DNA of 64,000 nt from Terriglobia bacterium (GCA_963748015.1 CAVVHE010000004.1:640001-704000); one strand, 5' to 3'. Positions 29,438 through 42,459 are shown, counted from the stretch's first letter. Numbers and translations are program-made. Notes: generated by a model not told the origin, from the letters alone.

Positions 29438-29941
29438 GTGAAGGAAATTCAGTTACGGCTGGCACTGGAGCTGAAGGCGCTCGAGCGGGAGTACCGGGTC
29501 GAGCTGCCCCGCGAAATCAAGATCGCGGTGGCGCAGGGCGACCTGAGCGAGAACGCGGAGTACAAGGCCGCGCTCGAGCGTCAGCACTACGTGAGGGCGA
29601 GGATCAGCGCCCTGAGGGAGCGGCTCTCCGAGCTGGGCACCCTCAACTTCGACCGGGTGCCCAGGGACAAGGTGGGCCTCGGCTCCACGATCGTCCTCCT
29701 CGACATGGACACCGACACGGAGGTCACCTACGAGCTGGTGATCCCCGAGGTCGCGGACTCGGAAGCCGGCCTGATCTCCATCGCCTCGCCGATAGCCCGC
29801 GGGCTGCTCGGGCGCAAGGAGGGGGAGCAGGTGACCATTCCGATCCCTTCGGGCCGGAAGCGCTTCGAGATCGTCGAGCTGAAGACCCTCCACGACAAGG
29901 CAGATGTCGAGCCGCCGGCGCCTGGCGGAGATCCCGCCTGA
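29438..29941 (+). CDS. greA: Transcription elongation factor GreA
   Basis: AQGDLSENAEYKAA, ISIASPIARGLLG. Confidence 0.9.
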   Translation: MKEIQLRLALELKALEREYRVELPREIKIAVAQGDLSENAEYKAALERQHYVRARISALRERLSELGTLNFDRVPRDKVGLGSTIVLLDMDTDTEVTYELVIPEVADSEAGLISIASPIARGLLGRKEGEQVTIPIPSGRKRFEIVELKTLHDKADVEPPAPGGDPA

Positions 29942-29951
29942 ACACCGGGTT

Positions 29952-30884
29952 ATGATGAGCGGCCCGTCGAGGGGGGACGTCGCGGTGATCGCGGAACCGG
30001 CTCGAGAATCGTTCCTTCCACCGGCCGTCGAGATCCTCCGGCCGAAGCACTGGGTCAAGAACGTCTTCGTCTTGGCGGCCCTGGTGTTCGCGGGAAAGCT
30101 CTCTGACCCAGGAGCGCTCCTGCGGGCGCTCGGGGCGTTCGCGTGCTTCTGCGCCCTCTCCTCCTCCGCCTACGTCCTCAACGACATCTCGGACCGCGAG
30201 GCCGACCGGCTCCACCCGGTGAAGCGGCGCCGGCCGGTCGCCTCGGGCTCGCTGACGGTCGGCGCGGCGGCGCTCCTGGCGGTCGGGCTCGCCGCGGGTG
30301 CGCTTCTCGGCTCCCTCGCCCTCGGGGGGCCGTTCTGCGCGGTGGCCACGACGTACCTCCTGATGAACCTCGCCTATTCCCTCGTGCTCAAGCGGGTCGT
30401 CATCCTGGACGTCATGGTCGTCGCCGCGGGGTTCCTGCTTCGCGCATGGGCGGGCGCGGTGGTCCTCGGCGTCGAGATGTCGCACTGGCTGGCGCTGTGC
30501 ACGGGGCTCCTCGCGCTGTTCCTCGGGTTCGTGAAGCGTCGCCAGGAGATCGCGGTGCTCGACGGCGCCACCGTCCAGCGGCCCATCCTCCGCGAGTACT
30601 CCCTGCCGTTCCTCGACCAGATGATCTCGGTGGTGACGGCTTCGACCGTGCTGGCGTACTCCCTCTACGCCTTCTCGCCGGAAGTCGCCAAGCGGCTCGG
30701 CACCAGCCACCTCGGCCTGACGATTCCGTTCGTCCTCTTCGGGATCTTTCGCTACCTGTACCTCGTCCACAGGCGCGGCGAGGGGGAGAACCCGACGCTG
30801 CTCGTCCTCTCCGACCTGCCGCTGCTGGCGAACGTGGTCCTGTGGGGGGCGTCGGTCCTCGTGGCGCTCTACGCGTGGCATTGA
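29952..30884 (+). CDS. UbiA-family (decaprenyl-phosphate phosphoribosyltransferase-like) prenyltransferase
   Basis: LRPKHWVKNVFV, YVLNDISDREADRLHPVKRRRPVASG, KRRQE. Confidence 0.85.
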   Translation: MMSGPSRGDVAVIAEPARESFLPPAVEILRPKHWVKNVFVLAALVFAGKLSDPGALLRALGAFACFCALSSSAYVLNDISDREADRLHPVKRRRPVASGSLTVGAAALLAVGLAAGALLGSLALGGPFCAVATTYLLMNLAYSLVLKRVVILDVMVVAAGFLLRAWAGAVVLGVEMSHWLALCTGLLALFLGFVKRRQEIAVLDGATVQRPILREYSLPFLDQMISVVTASTVLAYSLYAFSPEVAKRLGTSHLGLTIPFVLFGIFRYLYLVHRRGEGENPTLLVLSDLPLLANVVLWGASVLVALYAWH

Positions 30885-30929
30885 GGCGTTCTTCCCCCAG
30901 GGCCCCCGGCGCGCGGGGCCTCCGTTTTC

Positions 30930-30958
30930 TTGACTTCCCCCCGCCGCGTCCCTAGGAT
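30930..30958 (+). promoter_or_regulatory. Putative sigma70 promoter, preceded by a terminator-like hairpin at about 30901-30928
   Basis: TTGACT-N17-TAGGAT upstream of ATG 30982. Confidence 0.55.
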
Positions 30959-30981
30959 TTGCCGCGAGCCCAAGAGTTGCC

Positions 30982-32501
30982 ATGGAAACGACCTCGCCCT
31001 CAACCGAACGCCCCTCCATCCTCGTCGTGGACGACTCCAATCTCCTTCGGGGGATCCTCCGCGAGGAGTTGGAGGCCGAAGGGTGGGACGTCCACCTGGC
31101 GGAGGAGGGGGGCCCGGCCGTCGAGATGGCCCGCGACCTGCGGCCCGACGTGATCCTTCTCGACGTCGTGCTCCCCGACAAGAACGGGTACGAGGTTTGC
31201 CGGGCGATCAAGGGCGACGACGCGACGAGCGACATCCCGATCGTCATGCTCTCCTCGCGCAACGAGCTGAAGGACAAGCTCGCGGGGTTCGAGGCCGGCG
31301 CGGACGACTATCTCGCGAAGCCCTTCTTCACGAAGGAGCTGCTCGCGAGGCTGCGCACCAACCTGAGGGTCCGGGACGCGCTCGAGAGCAGCAGGCGCCT
31401 CGGCCAGTTCTATCTCGAGATGCTGTTCGGGATCGGCTCCGCCATCACCTCGCCGTTCAAGGTGGAGGACGAGGTGGACATCATCCTGCGCCAGGCGCTC
31501 GTGGCGGTCCACGCGCGCCGAGGCTCGATCCTGCTCCTCGACCCGGAGCAGGGCGACCTGACGGTGAAGGGGGTTCACGGTTACGGCGGCCGCGGCGGCC
31601 CGGCGTACGGGGAGCGGTTCCGCATCTCGGACAAGCTCCCGCTTCTCGCACCCGACGCGCCGGACGCACCGCTCGGCATCCGGATGTACGAGGACTCCTC
31701 CCGGAAGACCGTGTTCGTCCCGATGGTGGCGAAGGAGAGGCTCACCGGGGGGATCGAGATCGACCTCGAGGGAAGGGACCGGCGCTTCTCGGCCAACGAC
31801 CAGAAGCTCCTCTACGCGCTGGCCTCGCAGGCCGCGATCTTCATCGAGAACGCCAGGCTCGAGCGCGACGTGCGCTCGATGTTCCTCAGCATCATCGTCT
31901 CGATGGCGAGCGCCGTGGACGCGAAGGACGCCTACACCCACGGCCACTCGCTCCGCGTGGCCCGGGTCGGCCTCCTCCTCGCGCAGGAGCTCGGACTGTC
32001 GCGCGACCTGATGGAGCCCCTGCTCCTGGCCGGGATCCTCCACGACGTGGGAAAGATTGCCATCCCGGACGAGATCCTCAAGAAGCCGCAGCGCCTCGAC
32101 AAGGAGCAGATGCGAGATCATGAAGAGGCCACCCGCTCGCGGGGGCGAAGATGCTGGCCAGCACATCCCGGCGCTCGCGGAGGTCATCCCGGGGATCAAG
32201 CACCACCACGAGAACTGGGACGGCACCGGCTATCCGGACGGCCTCGCCGGGGAGAGCATCCCCCTGGCGGGGCGCCTGATCCTGATCGGCGACGCTTTCG
32301 ACGCGATGACCACGGACCGCGTGTACCGGAAGGGGATGCCGGTGTCCCGGGGCTCTCGAGGAGATCCGAAAGTTCGCCGGCACGCAGTTCGATCCGACCC
32401 TCGTCGAGAGGCTCGAACGCGCGTACGCCGAGGGAAGAGTCCACGACGAGCTCTCGAGAACGACCCCTTCTCTCGGCGAGCTGATCGACCACATCCGATG
32501 A
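30982..32501 (+). CDS. Response regulator-GAF-HD-GYP c-di-GMP phosphodiesterase (apparent frameshifts at about 32110-32160 and 32350)
   Basis: REC domain, [14 protein letters not shown]...[18 protein letters not shown] lies in another frame; a third frame gives [13 protein letters not shown]...IR* ending at 32501 (ATGA overlap). Confidence 0.85.
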
Positions 32502-33469
32502 CGGCGCCCGACCTCGAAGAGAGCCGGCCCCTCCGGCTGCTGGTGGTGGACGACAGCCGCCTCATCCTGCGGATGGTGCGCGACTTCTTCACGCAGCGCA
32601 GCTACGACGTCGTCGAAGCGGGAAACGGCGAGGAGGCGATCGCGCGCCTGGTGGGCTTCGTCCCGGACGTGATCATCTCGGACATCCTGATGCCGGTGAT
32701 GGACGGCTGGAAGCTGTTCGAGGAGGTGCGCCGCCTGCCCGAGACGTCGGAGGTGCCGTTCGTCTTTCTCACGGTCGAGTCGGAGCTCCCGAAGCGGCTT
32801 CGCGGCTTCCGTCTCGGGGCCGACGACTACATCATCAAGCCGTTCGCCGTCGAGGAACTGCACGCGCGAGTCGAGCGGATCCTCGAGCGGCGCCGCGCCC
32901 TCGAGGCGGCGCGGCGCGGCGGGGATGCGCTCCTGGCCGGGTCGGTCGAGCACCTGGCGATCTCCGATCTGCTCCAGATCCTCGCGCTCAATCACAAGGA
33001 CGGCACGGTGCACCTGGAGGAGGGCGACGAGGAGGGGCGGATCGTCTTCGTCGCCGGCGAGATGGTCCACGCCGAGTGCGGTCCCGCGAAGGGGGTGAAG
33101 GCGCTCTACCGGATGCTGGGCTGGAACTCCGCCGCGTTCCGGCTCCTCCCGCGGGAGGGTCACCTCGAGGAGCGGACCATCACGACTCCCGCCGCCAACG
33201 CGCTGATGGACGGGCTCGTCTCGCTCGACGAGTGGAACCGCTGGCGGGGCCAACTCCCGTCGGACGATACGACGATCGAACTGGCTGCCGACGCGAAGGC
33301 AACGCTCGGCTCGCACCCCGTGACCCCGGCCCAGTTCGACGTGATGTCGCGCGCCAAGGGGGGAGCCACCGTCCGTGCCGTGCTGGACGAGAGCCCCCTC
33401 CCCGACGCGGACCTCGCCGAGGCGATCGCTATCTTGCTCGCCTGCGGCGCCCTTCGCCCGAGAGCATGA
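32498..33469 (+). CDS. Response regulator with DUF4388-like domain
   Basis: LLVVDDS...DILMPVMDG...KPF, then [17 protein letters not shown]...GRIVF...MVHAE. Confidence 0.85.
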   Translation: MTAPDLEESRPLRLLVVDDSRLILRMVRDFFTQRSYDVVEAGNGEEAIARLVGFVPDVIISDILMPVMDGWKLFEEVRRLPETSEVPFVFLTVESELPKRLRGFRLGADDYIIKPFAVEELHARVERILERRRALEAARRGGDALLAGSVEHLAISDLLQILALNHKDGTVHLEEGDEEGRIVFVAGEMVHAECGPAKGVKALYRMLGWNSAAFRLLPREGHLEERTITTPAANALMDGLVSLDEWNRWRGQLPSDDTTIELAADAKATLGSHPVTPAQFDVMSRAKGGATVRAVLDESPLPDADLAEAIAILLACGALRPRA

Positions 33470-34356
33470 ACCGCCTCCCGGGCGGCTCCGCTCGCGCCGC
33501 GCTCGCGCTCGCGGTGGCGGTGGGGGCCGTCTCGTGGGCGTCGATCCTGGTGCGCCTCTGCGAGGCGCCGAGTCTCGGGATCGCCTTCTGGCGCCTGCTG
33601 TTCTCGGTGCTGATCCTCGCGCCGTTCGCGCTACGGCGAGGCGAGCCGGTGTCGCCGCGCACCTACGCCGCCGCCGCGACCGCGGGATTCCTGCTCGCGC
33701 TGCACTTCGCCTCCTGGATCTCGTCGCTGAGGTTCACGTCGATCGCGTCGTCGGTGGTCATCGTCTCGACGCAGCCGGTGTTCACGGCGGCGTTCGGCCC
33801 CTACCTGCTGAAGGAGAAGCCCGGGCCCCGGGGGATCGCCGCGGTGGCGCTCGCGCTGTGCGGCACGGCAGTCCTGGCCGGGGGTGATTTCGCGATCGGG
33901 GGACGGGCGCTCCTGGGCGATCTCCTCGCACTGGCGGGAGCGGTCACGGCCTCGGCCTACTTCATGATCGGGCGGCGCGTGCGGGAGAGGATCGCTTTCC
34001 CGCGGTACCTGCTGCTCGTGAACTCGGTCTCCACCGTGGCACTCCTCGCCTTCGCGGTGATCGGGGGCGCGGGCCTCTCGGGGTACCCGGCGCCGACCTG
34101 GGGCTGGCTCGTCCTGATGGCCGCCGGGCCGCACCTGATGGGGCACGGGCTGCTCAACTGGAGCGTTCGCCGCCTCCGCGCGTTCACGGTCAACATGGCC
34201 GTCCTGGGCGAGCCGGTGCTGGCCACCCTCTACGCGGCGCTCCTGTTCGGCGAGGTCCCCGGGGGGCCGTTCTACGCGGGGGCGGCCCTGATCGGCGCCG
34301 GGATCGTCCTCGCGACGAGGCAGGAGCGGGAAGTTACGGCCGATCCTTCCCTATAA
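33466..34356 (+). CDS. DMT/EamA family transporter
   Basis: About 10 TM helices; [28 protein letters not shown]. Confidence 0.88.
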   Translation: MNRLPGGSARAALALAVAVGAVSWASILVRLCEAPSLGIAFWRLLFSVLILAPFALRRGEPVSPRTYAAAATAGFLLALHFASWISSLRFTSIASSVVIVSTQPVFTAAFGPYLLKEKPGPRGIAAVALALCGTAVLAGGDFAIGGRALLGDLLALAGAVTASAYFMIGRRVRERIAFPRYLLLVNSVSTVALLAFAVIGGAGLSGYPAPTWGWLVLMAAGPHLMGHGLLNWSVRRLRAFTVNMAVLGEPVLATLYAALLFGEVPGGPFYAGAALIGAGIVLATRQEREVTADPSL

Positions 34357-34364
34357 TCGCAGCG

Positions 34365-36483
34365 ATGTTGAAGACCGACACCGAGCTCCGGTACCTCAAG
34401 GGCGTCGGCCCGAGGCGCGCGGAGCGCCTCCGCGAGGCCGGCCTCGAGACGGTCGAGGACCTTCTCTACGTCCTGCCGTTTCGCTACGAGGACCGGCGTG
34501 CGTTCGCCAGGATCGCGGCCCTCGTTCCGGGCGGCCCCGAGACGACCCTCGCGATACGCGTCGCGCGGAGCCGCCTGATCCGGACGCGCCGCCCCGGCTT
34601 CTCGATCTTCGAGGCCCAGCTCGAGGACGAGAGCGGCTCGATTCGCGCGGTCTGGTACAACCAGCCCTACCTCGAGCGCCTCTTCGTCGAGGGAAGGCGG
34701 GCCGTGATGTTCGGCCGGGCGTCGCTCGACCGGTACGGCCGCGACGTGATCCTCGAGAACCCGGACTACGAGTTCCTCGAGGCGGACGACGCGGAGGGGA
34801 TCCACACCGGCCGGATCGTCCCGGTGTACCGCAAGCTCGCGGACCTCTCGTCGCGAATGCAGCGGAATCTGATGCACCGGGCGCTGGAGCAGCTCGAGGG
34901 GCCTTTCCCCGGCCCCGTGCCGGAGGCGATCGCCGCGCGCCACGGGCTGCTCGAGCGCGCGCGGGCGCTCCGGGAGATCCACTTCCCGCCCCCCGACGCG
35001 CGTCTCGCGGAGCTCGCCGGCCGGGCGACGCCGGCCCAGCGATCGCTCGCTTTCGAGGAGATCTTCCTGCTCCAGCTCGCGCTGGCGGTGAAGCGGCACG
35101 GTCTCAAGGAAGAGGCCCGCGGGATCTCGTACGAGGTGCCCGACGCGCTCCGGACGAAGCTCGCGCGCCTCCTCCCGTTCAAGCTCACCGAGGCGCAGAA
35201 GAAGGTGCTGCGGGAGATCGGCGCGGACCTGAGGTCGCCGCACCCCATGAATCGCCTGCTCCAGGGGGACGTCGGCTCGGGGAAGACGATCGTCGCGCTG
35301 CTCACCCTGCTGGTCGCGGTCGAGAACGGCTACCAGGGGGCGCTCATGGTCCCCACGGAGATCCTCGCGGAGCAGCACTACCGGAACCTGTCCCGGATCC
35401 TCGACCCTTCGGGGGCGGGGTATCGCCGGGGACTCCTCACCGGCTCGCTCCGCGCCGCGTCGCGGCGGCGGACGCTCGAGGGGCTGAAGACCGGCGGGAT
35501 CGACATCGTGGTCGGGACGCACGCGCTGTTCGAGCCCGGCGTGGAGTTCAAGCGCCTCGGCCTCGTCGTGGTGGACGAGCAGCACCGGTTCGGCGTCATG
35601 CAGCGCGCCGCGCTGGCCGGCAAGGGCGCGCGACCCGACGTTCTCGTGATGACGGCCACGCCGATCCCGCGATCTCTCGCGCTCACCCTCTACGGCGACC
35701 TCGACCTCTCCGTGATCGACGAGCTGCCACCGGGGCGCACCCCGGTCAAGACGCTCGTTCGCGGCGAGGAGGACAGGCGAAAGGTCTTCGACGGGATCCG
35801 GAAGGAGGTCGCTCGCGGGACGTCAGGCGTACGTCGTCGTGCCCCTCGTCGAGGAGACCGAGAAGAGCGACCTCAAGGCCGCGACCGCGTTCGCGGCCGA
35901 GCTGAGGGAGAAGGTCTTCCCCGACCTCGCGGTCGGCCTCCTCCACGGACGGATGAAGGGGGAGGAGAAGGACGCGGTGATGCGCGCGTTCGCGGCGGGC
36001 GAGACCGGCGTTCTCGTCGCGACCACGGTGATCGAGGTCGGGGTGGACGTCCCGAACGCCAGCGTGATGGTCGTCGAGCACGCGGAGCGCTTCGGCCTCT
36101 CGCAGCTCCACCAGCTCCGGGGGCGCGTGGGGAGGGCGAGCGACCGCTCGTACTGCATCCTGATGGTCGGCGAGGGGGGGCACGGCCAGGAGGCGCGCGA
36201 GCGGCTCGCCGTGATGGCCGAGACCAACGACGGCTTCCGCATCGCCGAGAAGGACCTCGAGATCCGCGGCCCCGGCGCCGTCTTCGGCACCCAGCAGCAC
36301 GGCCTGACCGACCTGCAGTTCCTCGCCGAGGTGCTGAAGAACCCGGCGCTGCTCGACGCCGCCCGATCGGAAGCCCACGCCCTCGTGGAGGGGAGCGCTT
36401 CGGGACGCGCCCAGGCCGGCCGCGTGCTCGCCTCGTTGCGCCCCGGCTGGAAGCGCCGCCTCAATCTCGCCGGCATCGGCTGA
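34365..36483 (+). CDS. recG: ATP-dependent DNA helicase RecG (apparent +1 frameshift near 35818)
   Basis: [35 protein letters not shown]; continues in another frame [12 protein letters not shown]...[13 protein letters not shown]...[11 protein letters not shown]. Confidence 0.93.
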
Positions 36484-36493
36484 CGCGCGCCGC

Positions 36494-37936
<1,443 letters not shown>

Positions 37937-38195
37937 AGAGCCTCCCGTGTTGCGACACGCCTACTCTCCCGCCTCCGCGAACGGACCCGGGCGACGAGGA
38001 TGAGAGCGTGCCCGCTTCAGGTGAAAAATCCATCTCCCGGCAAGTTCCGGCGCTGAGCCGCGCTGCGATGGGATGATGAAACCAGGGGCCGTGACTATAG
38101 CACGCGCTTCGTCGCCGAGTCTACACGGCGCCGGGACGCGACGAGGGCCGGCGGGGACCGGGCGCCGGCCCCGTATAATCCCCGCGGAGGTGGAC

Positions 38196-38780
38196 GTGGC
38201 GCAGCTGATCGGGTTGGTGCTGGCGGGAGGGCAGGGGAGCCGGATGGGCCGGCCCAAGGGGAGCGCGGTCCTGGGCGGGATCACGCTGGCCGAGAGGGCG
38301 GCGACGAGCCTGAGGCCGCTGGCGGGGAGCGTCCTGATCAGCGTGGCTCCCGGCATGGCGAACCCGGCCCCGAAGTACCCGACCGTGGAGGACGCCGCCC
38401 CGGCGTTCCGCGGGGCGCTCTCCGGGATTCACGCTGCCATGGCGGTGACCGGCGAGGCCGACCTCCTCGTCCTGGCCTGCGACTACCCCGCGGTGGACAC
38501 GGCGCTCCTCGGGAAGATCCTCGAGCGCTCGCGCCCCGAGGACGACCTGGTGTTCCTCGTGGATCCCGCGGGGCGCGACCACCCCCTGGTGGGCCTATGG
38601 AAACGGAGCACCCGGGAGCGCGTGCGGGAGGCGATCGAGTACCGGATGCACAAGGTGCGCGGGATCCTCGCGGACCTCGTGGTGCGGCGGCTGGGCCCCG
38701 AAGCGTTGCCCGGCGTGGACCTCGCGGCGGCCCTCTTCAACGTGAACGAGCCGCAGGACCTCGAGCGCGCCGGAAAGTAG
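38196..38780 (+). CDS. mobA: Molybdenum cofactor guanylyltransferase
   Basis: VLAGGQGSRMGRPKG, LACDYP, HPLVGLW, FNVNEP; TATAAT at 38174 and GGAGG RBS. Confidence 0.88.
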   Translation: MAQLIGLVLAGGQGSRMGRPKGSAVLGGITLAERAATSLRPLAGSVLISVAPGMANPAPKYPTVEDAAPAFRGALSGIHAAMAVTGEADLLVLACDYPAVDTALLGKILERSRPEDDLVFLVDPAGRDHPLVGLWKRSTRERVREAIEYRMHKVRGILADLVVRRLGPEALPGVDLAAALFNVNEPQDLERAGK

Positions 38781-38783
38781 CGG

Positions 38784-38835
38784 AAAAAAGAAAAAGGCCC
38801 GGGCGCGGTGGCGGCCTCCGCAACACCCGGGCCTT
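38784..38835 (-). terminator. Intrinsic terminator between convergent mobA and pepD
   Basis: AAGGCCCGGG...CCCGGGCCTT stem next to an A-tract (U-tract on the minus strand). Confidence 0.65.
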
Positions 38836-38843
38836 CGAGGCGT

Positions 38844-40307
38844 CTACTTCGACAGGCGGTCGAGGATCTCCGTGAGGGCGCCGAAGAACCGCCCCACCGA
38901 CGGGATGTTCAGGCGCTCGTCGGGGGAGTGCACCCCCTCCATGTGCGGGCCGAACGAGATCATGTCCATGCCGGGGACCTTGTCGCCGAGGAGGCCGCAC
39001 TCGAGGCCGGCGTGGATCGCCGTGACTTTCGGCTCCTTCCCCCAGAGCTTCGCGAAGACCTCGCGCACCGTCTTGAGGAGCGGCGAGGCCATGTTCGGCT
39101 TCCAGCCCGGGTAGCCGTCGCGGCCGACCACCTCGGCGCCCGCGAGGCTGCCGATCGCCCGGATCGAGAGGAGCACGGCGTCGAGCGCCGGACCGACGCT
39201 GCTCCGGCTGCTGGTGACGATCTTCAGCCGGTCCCCTTCCTCCATCGTGACCACCGCGAGGTTGCTCGACGTCTCGACGAGGCCGGGGATCGCCTGGCTC
39301 ATGCCGAGATTGCCGTGCGGGAGGGCGAGGAGAAGGTGGACGAAATCGTGGCAGCTCTCCTTGGTCATGACGCGCGGGGCCGCCGTGCCGGGGGAGAGGC
39401 CGATCTCGAGGCCGTCGTCGATCCCCTCGAGCTCGGTCTTGAGGTTCGCCCGCAGCCGCTCGATCACCTTGCGGAGCCGCGCCTCGTCGGAGGACTGGAG
39501 GTAGACGGTCGCCTCGGCCTCGCGCGGGATCGCGTTGTGCTTCGAGCCGCCGGAGAGCGACGCGAGCTCGAGCGGGATGCCGTCGATGATGCCGCCGGCG
39601 ATCGCCCTCGCGAGGATCTTGAGCGCGTTGCCGCGATTCTCGATGATGTTGAGTCCGGAGTGGCCGCCCCGGAGTCCCTTGACCTCGAGCAGGAACGGGG
39701 AGGCGCCGCGAGCGGGGGTCTCCCAGGCCGGCGTGACGAAGAGGTGGGTGTCCGAGCCGCCCGCGCAGCCGACGAACAGGACGCCGTCCTCCTCGGAATC
39801 GAGGTTGAGCAGGATCTTCCCGCGCAGCAGCGAGGCGTCGAGCTTCATCGCGCCCGTCAGCCCGGTCTCCTCGTCCACCGTGAAGAGGAGCTGCAGCGGC
39901 CCGTGCTTGACCTTCGGATCGATGGCCGCGGCCATCGCGGACGCGACGCCGATCCCGTTGTCCGCGCCGAGCGTCGTGCCGGTCGCGTAGATCCAGTCCC
40001 CCTCGATGCGCGGCCGGATCGGGTCCTTCAGGAAGTCGTGGGCGACGTCCTTGTTCTTCTCGGCGACCATGTCCAGGTGCCCCTGGAGGATCACGACGGG
40101 CGCCTTCTCCCTTCCGGGAGTCGCCGGCACGTTGATGATCAGGTTCCCGATCGCGTCCTTCTTCGCCTCGCAGCCGTGCTTGGCCGCGACCTCGGACAGG
40201 TGCTTGGCGATCGCCGTCTCGTGGCCGGAGGGGCGGGGGATGCGGAGAAGGTCCGCGAAGTTCTCCCAGACGGATCGGGGCTCGAGGTGTGCCAGGGTGT
40301 CGCTCAT
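38844..40307 (-). CDS. pepD: Aminoacyl-histidine dipeptidase (M20)
   Basis: IPRPSGHE, LQGHLDMV, TTLGADNGIG, TVDEETG, NLDSEE, GGHSG, IHAGLECG. Confidence 0.93.
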   Translation of the reverse strand: MSDTLAHLEPRSVWENFADLLRIPRPSGHETAIAKHLSEVAAKHGCEAKKDAIGNLIINVPATPGREKAPVVILQGHLDMVAEKNKDVAHDFLKDPIRPRIEGDWIYATGTTLGADNGIGVASAMAAAIDPKVKHGPLQLLFTVDEETGLTGAMKLDASLLRGKILLNLDSEEDGVLFVGCAGGSDTHLFVTPAWETPARGASPFLLEVKGLRGGHSGLNIIENRGNALKILARAIAGGIIDGIPLELASLSGGSKHNAIPREAEATVYLQSSDEARLRKVIERLRANLKTELEGIDDGLEIGLSPGTAAPRVMTKESCHDFVHLLLALPHGNLGMSQAIPGLVETSSNLAVVTMEEGDRLKIVTSSRSSVGPALDAVLLSIRAIGSLAGAEVVGRDGYPGWKPNMASPLLKTVREVFAKLWGKEPKVTAIHAGLECGLLGDKVPGMDMISFGPHMEGVHSPDERLNIPSVGRFFGALTEILDRLSK

Positions 40308-40465
40308 TCGAGTATCCTCCGCATGCGGTTCGCCGGACACGTTCGTGGCGGCGGATCGAAGGTTTGCGATACGGCGAACCCCAACGGTATCCCACCCGGC
40401 CCCGCGACCGCAACAGGCGCGAGGCCCGGGAGCGCGGTACGGGGGCCTAGGGGAAAGGGGGGCGG

Positions 40466-40963
40466 ATGCCGAAGCTGTCGCACGTGGACGGGACGGGGAA
40501 GGCGAGAATGGTGGACGTCGGCGCGAAGAAGACGACCCGGCGGCGCGCGGTGGCCCGGGGGCGCGTGTCGCTGTCGGCGCGCGCGTTCCGCCTCCTCGCC
40601 GAGCACCGGCTGGCGAAGGGGGACGCGCTGGCGGTGGCGCGCCTGGCCGGGATCCAGGCCGGAAAGCGCACGGCGGACTGGATTCCGCTGTGCCATACCG
40701 TCCCGCTGGACCATCTCGGTGTGGAGATCGATCTCGACGCCGCGGCCCGCGAGGCCGTCGTCACCGCCACGGCCGAGGCGCGCTGGACGACGGGGGTCGA
40801 GATGGAAGCGCTGGTCGCCGCGGGCGCGGCGTGTCTCGCCCTCTACGACATGACCAAGAGCGCCGACCGGGGGGCGGCGGTGCGCGAGATCGTGCTCCTC
40901 GAGAAGAGCGGCGGCCGCTCGGGGATGTGGCGGCGCGGCGCGGCGCGCCGGACGCTGACATAA
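40466..40963 (+). CDS. moaC: Cyclic pyranopterin monophosphate synthase
   Basis: LSHVD...ARMVDV, KGDAL..ARLAGI, IPLCH, TGVEMEAL, LYDMTKS, KSGGRSG. Confidence 0.95.
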   Translation: MPKLSHVDGTGKARMVDVGAKKTTRRRAVARGRVSLSARAFRLLAEHRLAKGDALAVARLAGIQAGKRTADWIPLCHTVPLDHLGVEIDLDAAAREAVVTATAEARWTTGVEMEALVAAGAACLALYDMTKSADRGAAVREIVLLEKSGGRSGMWRRGAARRTLT

Positions 40964-41019
40964 TGGCGGGGAGAGCCGGAGCCCCGCGGTGGGGATCCGC
41001 CCGGACGATGGAGGCTCGC

Positions 41020-41466
41020 ATGAGACGTGGCATCGTGTTGACGGTCGTGGCGGCGTCGCTGCTCGCATGTGCCGGGGCCGGGGCGCAGGCGGCGATCCTC
41101 GCGAAGACGTTTCAGTTCAAGCCGGAGGTCGTGCTGCAGGTGGGCGAGAGCCTCGAAGGGGGTATCCGGCTCGACTCCGTCCAGTTCTTCCTCCCGTCGA
41201 GCGCCGGCGTGCCCGGCATGCGCTCCGGCGGCCTGGTGCGGGCCGAGGTCTCGGTCTCGAATCTCGGCAAAGAGAAGCAGATGTTCGGGATCGCTGTCGC
41301 TCTCTTCGACGACCAGGGGCGCCTTCTCGGCGCCGCGAACGGCGGTCCCCGGGTGTTCCCGCTCAGGCCCGAGCGGCAGGGGACGTTCCAGATCGTGTTC
41401 GACGGGGTGAACGGCGAGGCCTACAAGGCGACGCAGTTCAAGATCGCACTCGAGACGAAGCCCTGA
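41020..41466 (+). CDS. Secreted hypothetical protein (beta-sandwich-like)
   Basis: Signal peptide ending AQA; AVALFDDQGRLLGA. Confidence 0.65.
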   Translation: MRRGIVLTVVAASLLACAGAGAQAAILAKTFQFKPEVVLQVGESLEGGIRLDSVQFFLPSSAGVPGMRSGGLVRAEVSVSNLGKEKQMFGIAVALFDDQGRLLGAANGGPRVFPLRPERQGTFQIVFDGVNGEAYKATQFKIALETKP

Positions 41467-41692
41467 CCTCGCCGGAGTACACGATCTTCCGCCGCCCCCT
41501 GCCGATGACGATCCGGTAATCGCGACCGTCGACAGATCCTCTTGGAAACATTGAGGTTCCGGGAAGGGTTCCCCTGTGCCTGCTGGCACGGGGCGTGAAG
41601 GTACTCATCCTCCTTGCCCGGCGCACCGGCAGGCCTAAGATTTGAGCCGAGTGGGCACCGTACTCGCCCGGCAGGATTCTCGGGAGGGTGAC

Positions 41693-42388
41693 ATGAGAAA
41701 ACGAGTCGTCTCGGCGGCACTTCTGGCGGTCGCGCTCGGGCTCCTCGGCGCGGCTGCCTCGCCCGCGGCACACGCGGCCATCGACGTGGATCTCGGGGCG
41801 TCGTTTCCCGTCGGGGACAACGGCCGCCTGTTCTTCAACATCAGCTCGCGCTATTTCGACTACGAGCCGACGGTCGTCGAGCACTGGGGCGTCCGCTACA
41901 CCAACCCCGACGACCTGGCGGTCTCGCTGTTCATCGCGAGGCAATCCGGCCGCTCGCCGGACGTGATCTTCGCCCTGCGCAGGCAGGGGCTCTCGTGGTG
42001 GGACGTCGGTCTTCGCACGGGCGTGCCGATGGACGCCTGGTTCGTCCCGGTCCAGCGCGACCCGGGGCCCCCGTACGGCAAGGCCTACGGGCACTGGAAG
42101 AAGCACCGCGAGAACCCGAAGTACGTCGTGGTGCTCGGCGACGCCGACGTGCGGAACCTCGTCGCCGTGCGCATGGCCCACGAGTACTACGGCGTCCCCG
42201 TGGACGACGCGATGCGCTGGCGCGCGTCGGGCACCAGCGTCCGCGAGGTGATGGTGCGCGAGTACAACGTCCGCCACGGGAAGCAGGGCGGCGGGAAGGA
42301 GCACGGCGGTAAGGGCGAGAAGCACGAGCAAGGCCAGGGCAACGGCAAACACGGCCACGGAAACGGCCAGGGTCACGCCAAGGACTGA
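41693..42388 (+). CDS. Secreted hypothetical protein with Gly/His/Lys-rich tail
   Basis: GGAGGG RBS, signal peptide, GPPYGKAYGHWKK, tail GKHGHGNGQGHAKD. Confidence 0.72.
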   Translation: MRKRVVSAALLAVALGLLGAAASPAAHAAIDVDLGASFPVGDNGRLFFNISSRYFDYEPTVVEHWGVRYTNPDDLAVSLFIARQSGRSPDVIFALRRQGLSWWDVGLRTGVPMDAWFVPVQRDPGPPYGKAYGHWKKHRENPKYVVVLGDADVRNLVAVRMAHEYYGVPVDDAMRWRASGTSVREVMVREYNVRHGKQGGGKEHGGKGEKHEQGQGNGKHGHGNGQGHAKD

Positions 42389-42415
42389 CGGCGCGCCTCC
42401 TCTAGCTCTCGCTGA

Positions 42416-42459
42416 AAGGCCCGTCCGCGGCGGCTGGCGCTCCGCGGGCGGGCCGTTTT
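42416..42459. terminator. Probable bidirectional terminator
   Basis: GGCCCGTCCGCGG...CCGCGGGCGGGCC stem flanked by AAA and TTTT between convergent genes. Confidence 0.55.

Noticed and set aside
32057..33469. 470-aa HD-GYP/response-regulator fusion ORF
   Set aside because: Artefact of frameshifts in the upstream gene; the regulator starts at 32498 with an ATGA overlap.
35810..35830. Programmed frameshifting in recG, rho or the C25 gene
   Set aside because: No slippery heptamer or stimulatory structure is evident, and several unrelated genes show similar indels.
41575..41690. Sigma54 promoter (CTGGCACG...GTGAA) or c-di-GMP riboswitch upstream of 41693
   Set aside because: The -12 element reads GA rather than GC, and riboswitch consensus elements are not convincingly present.
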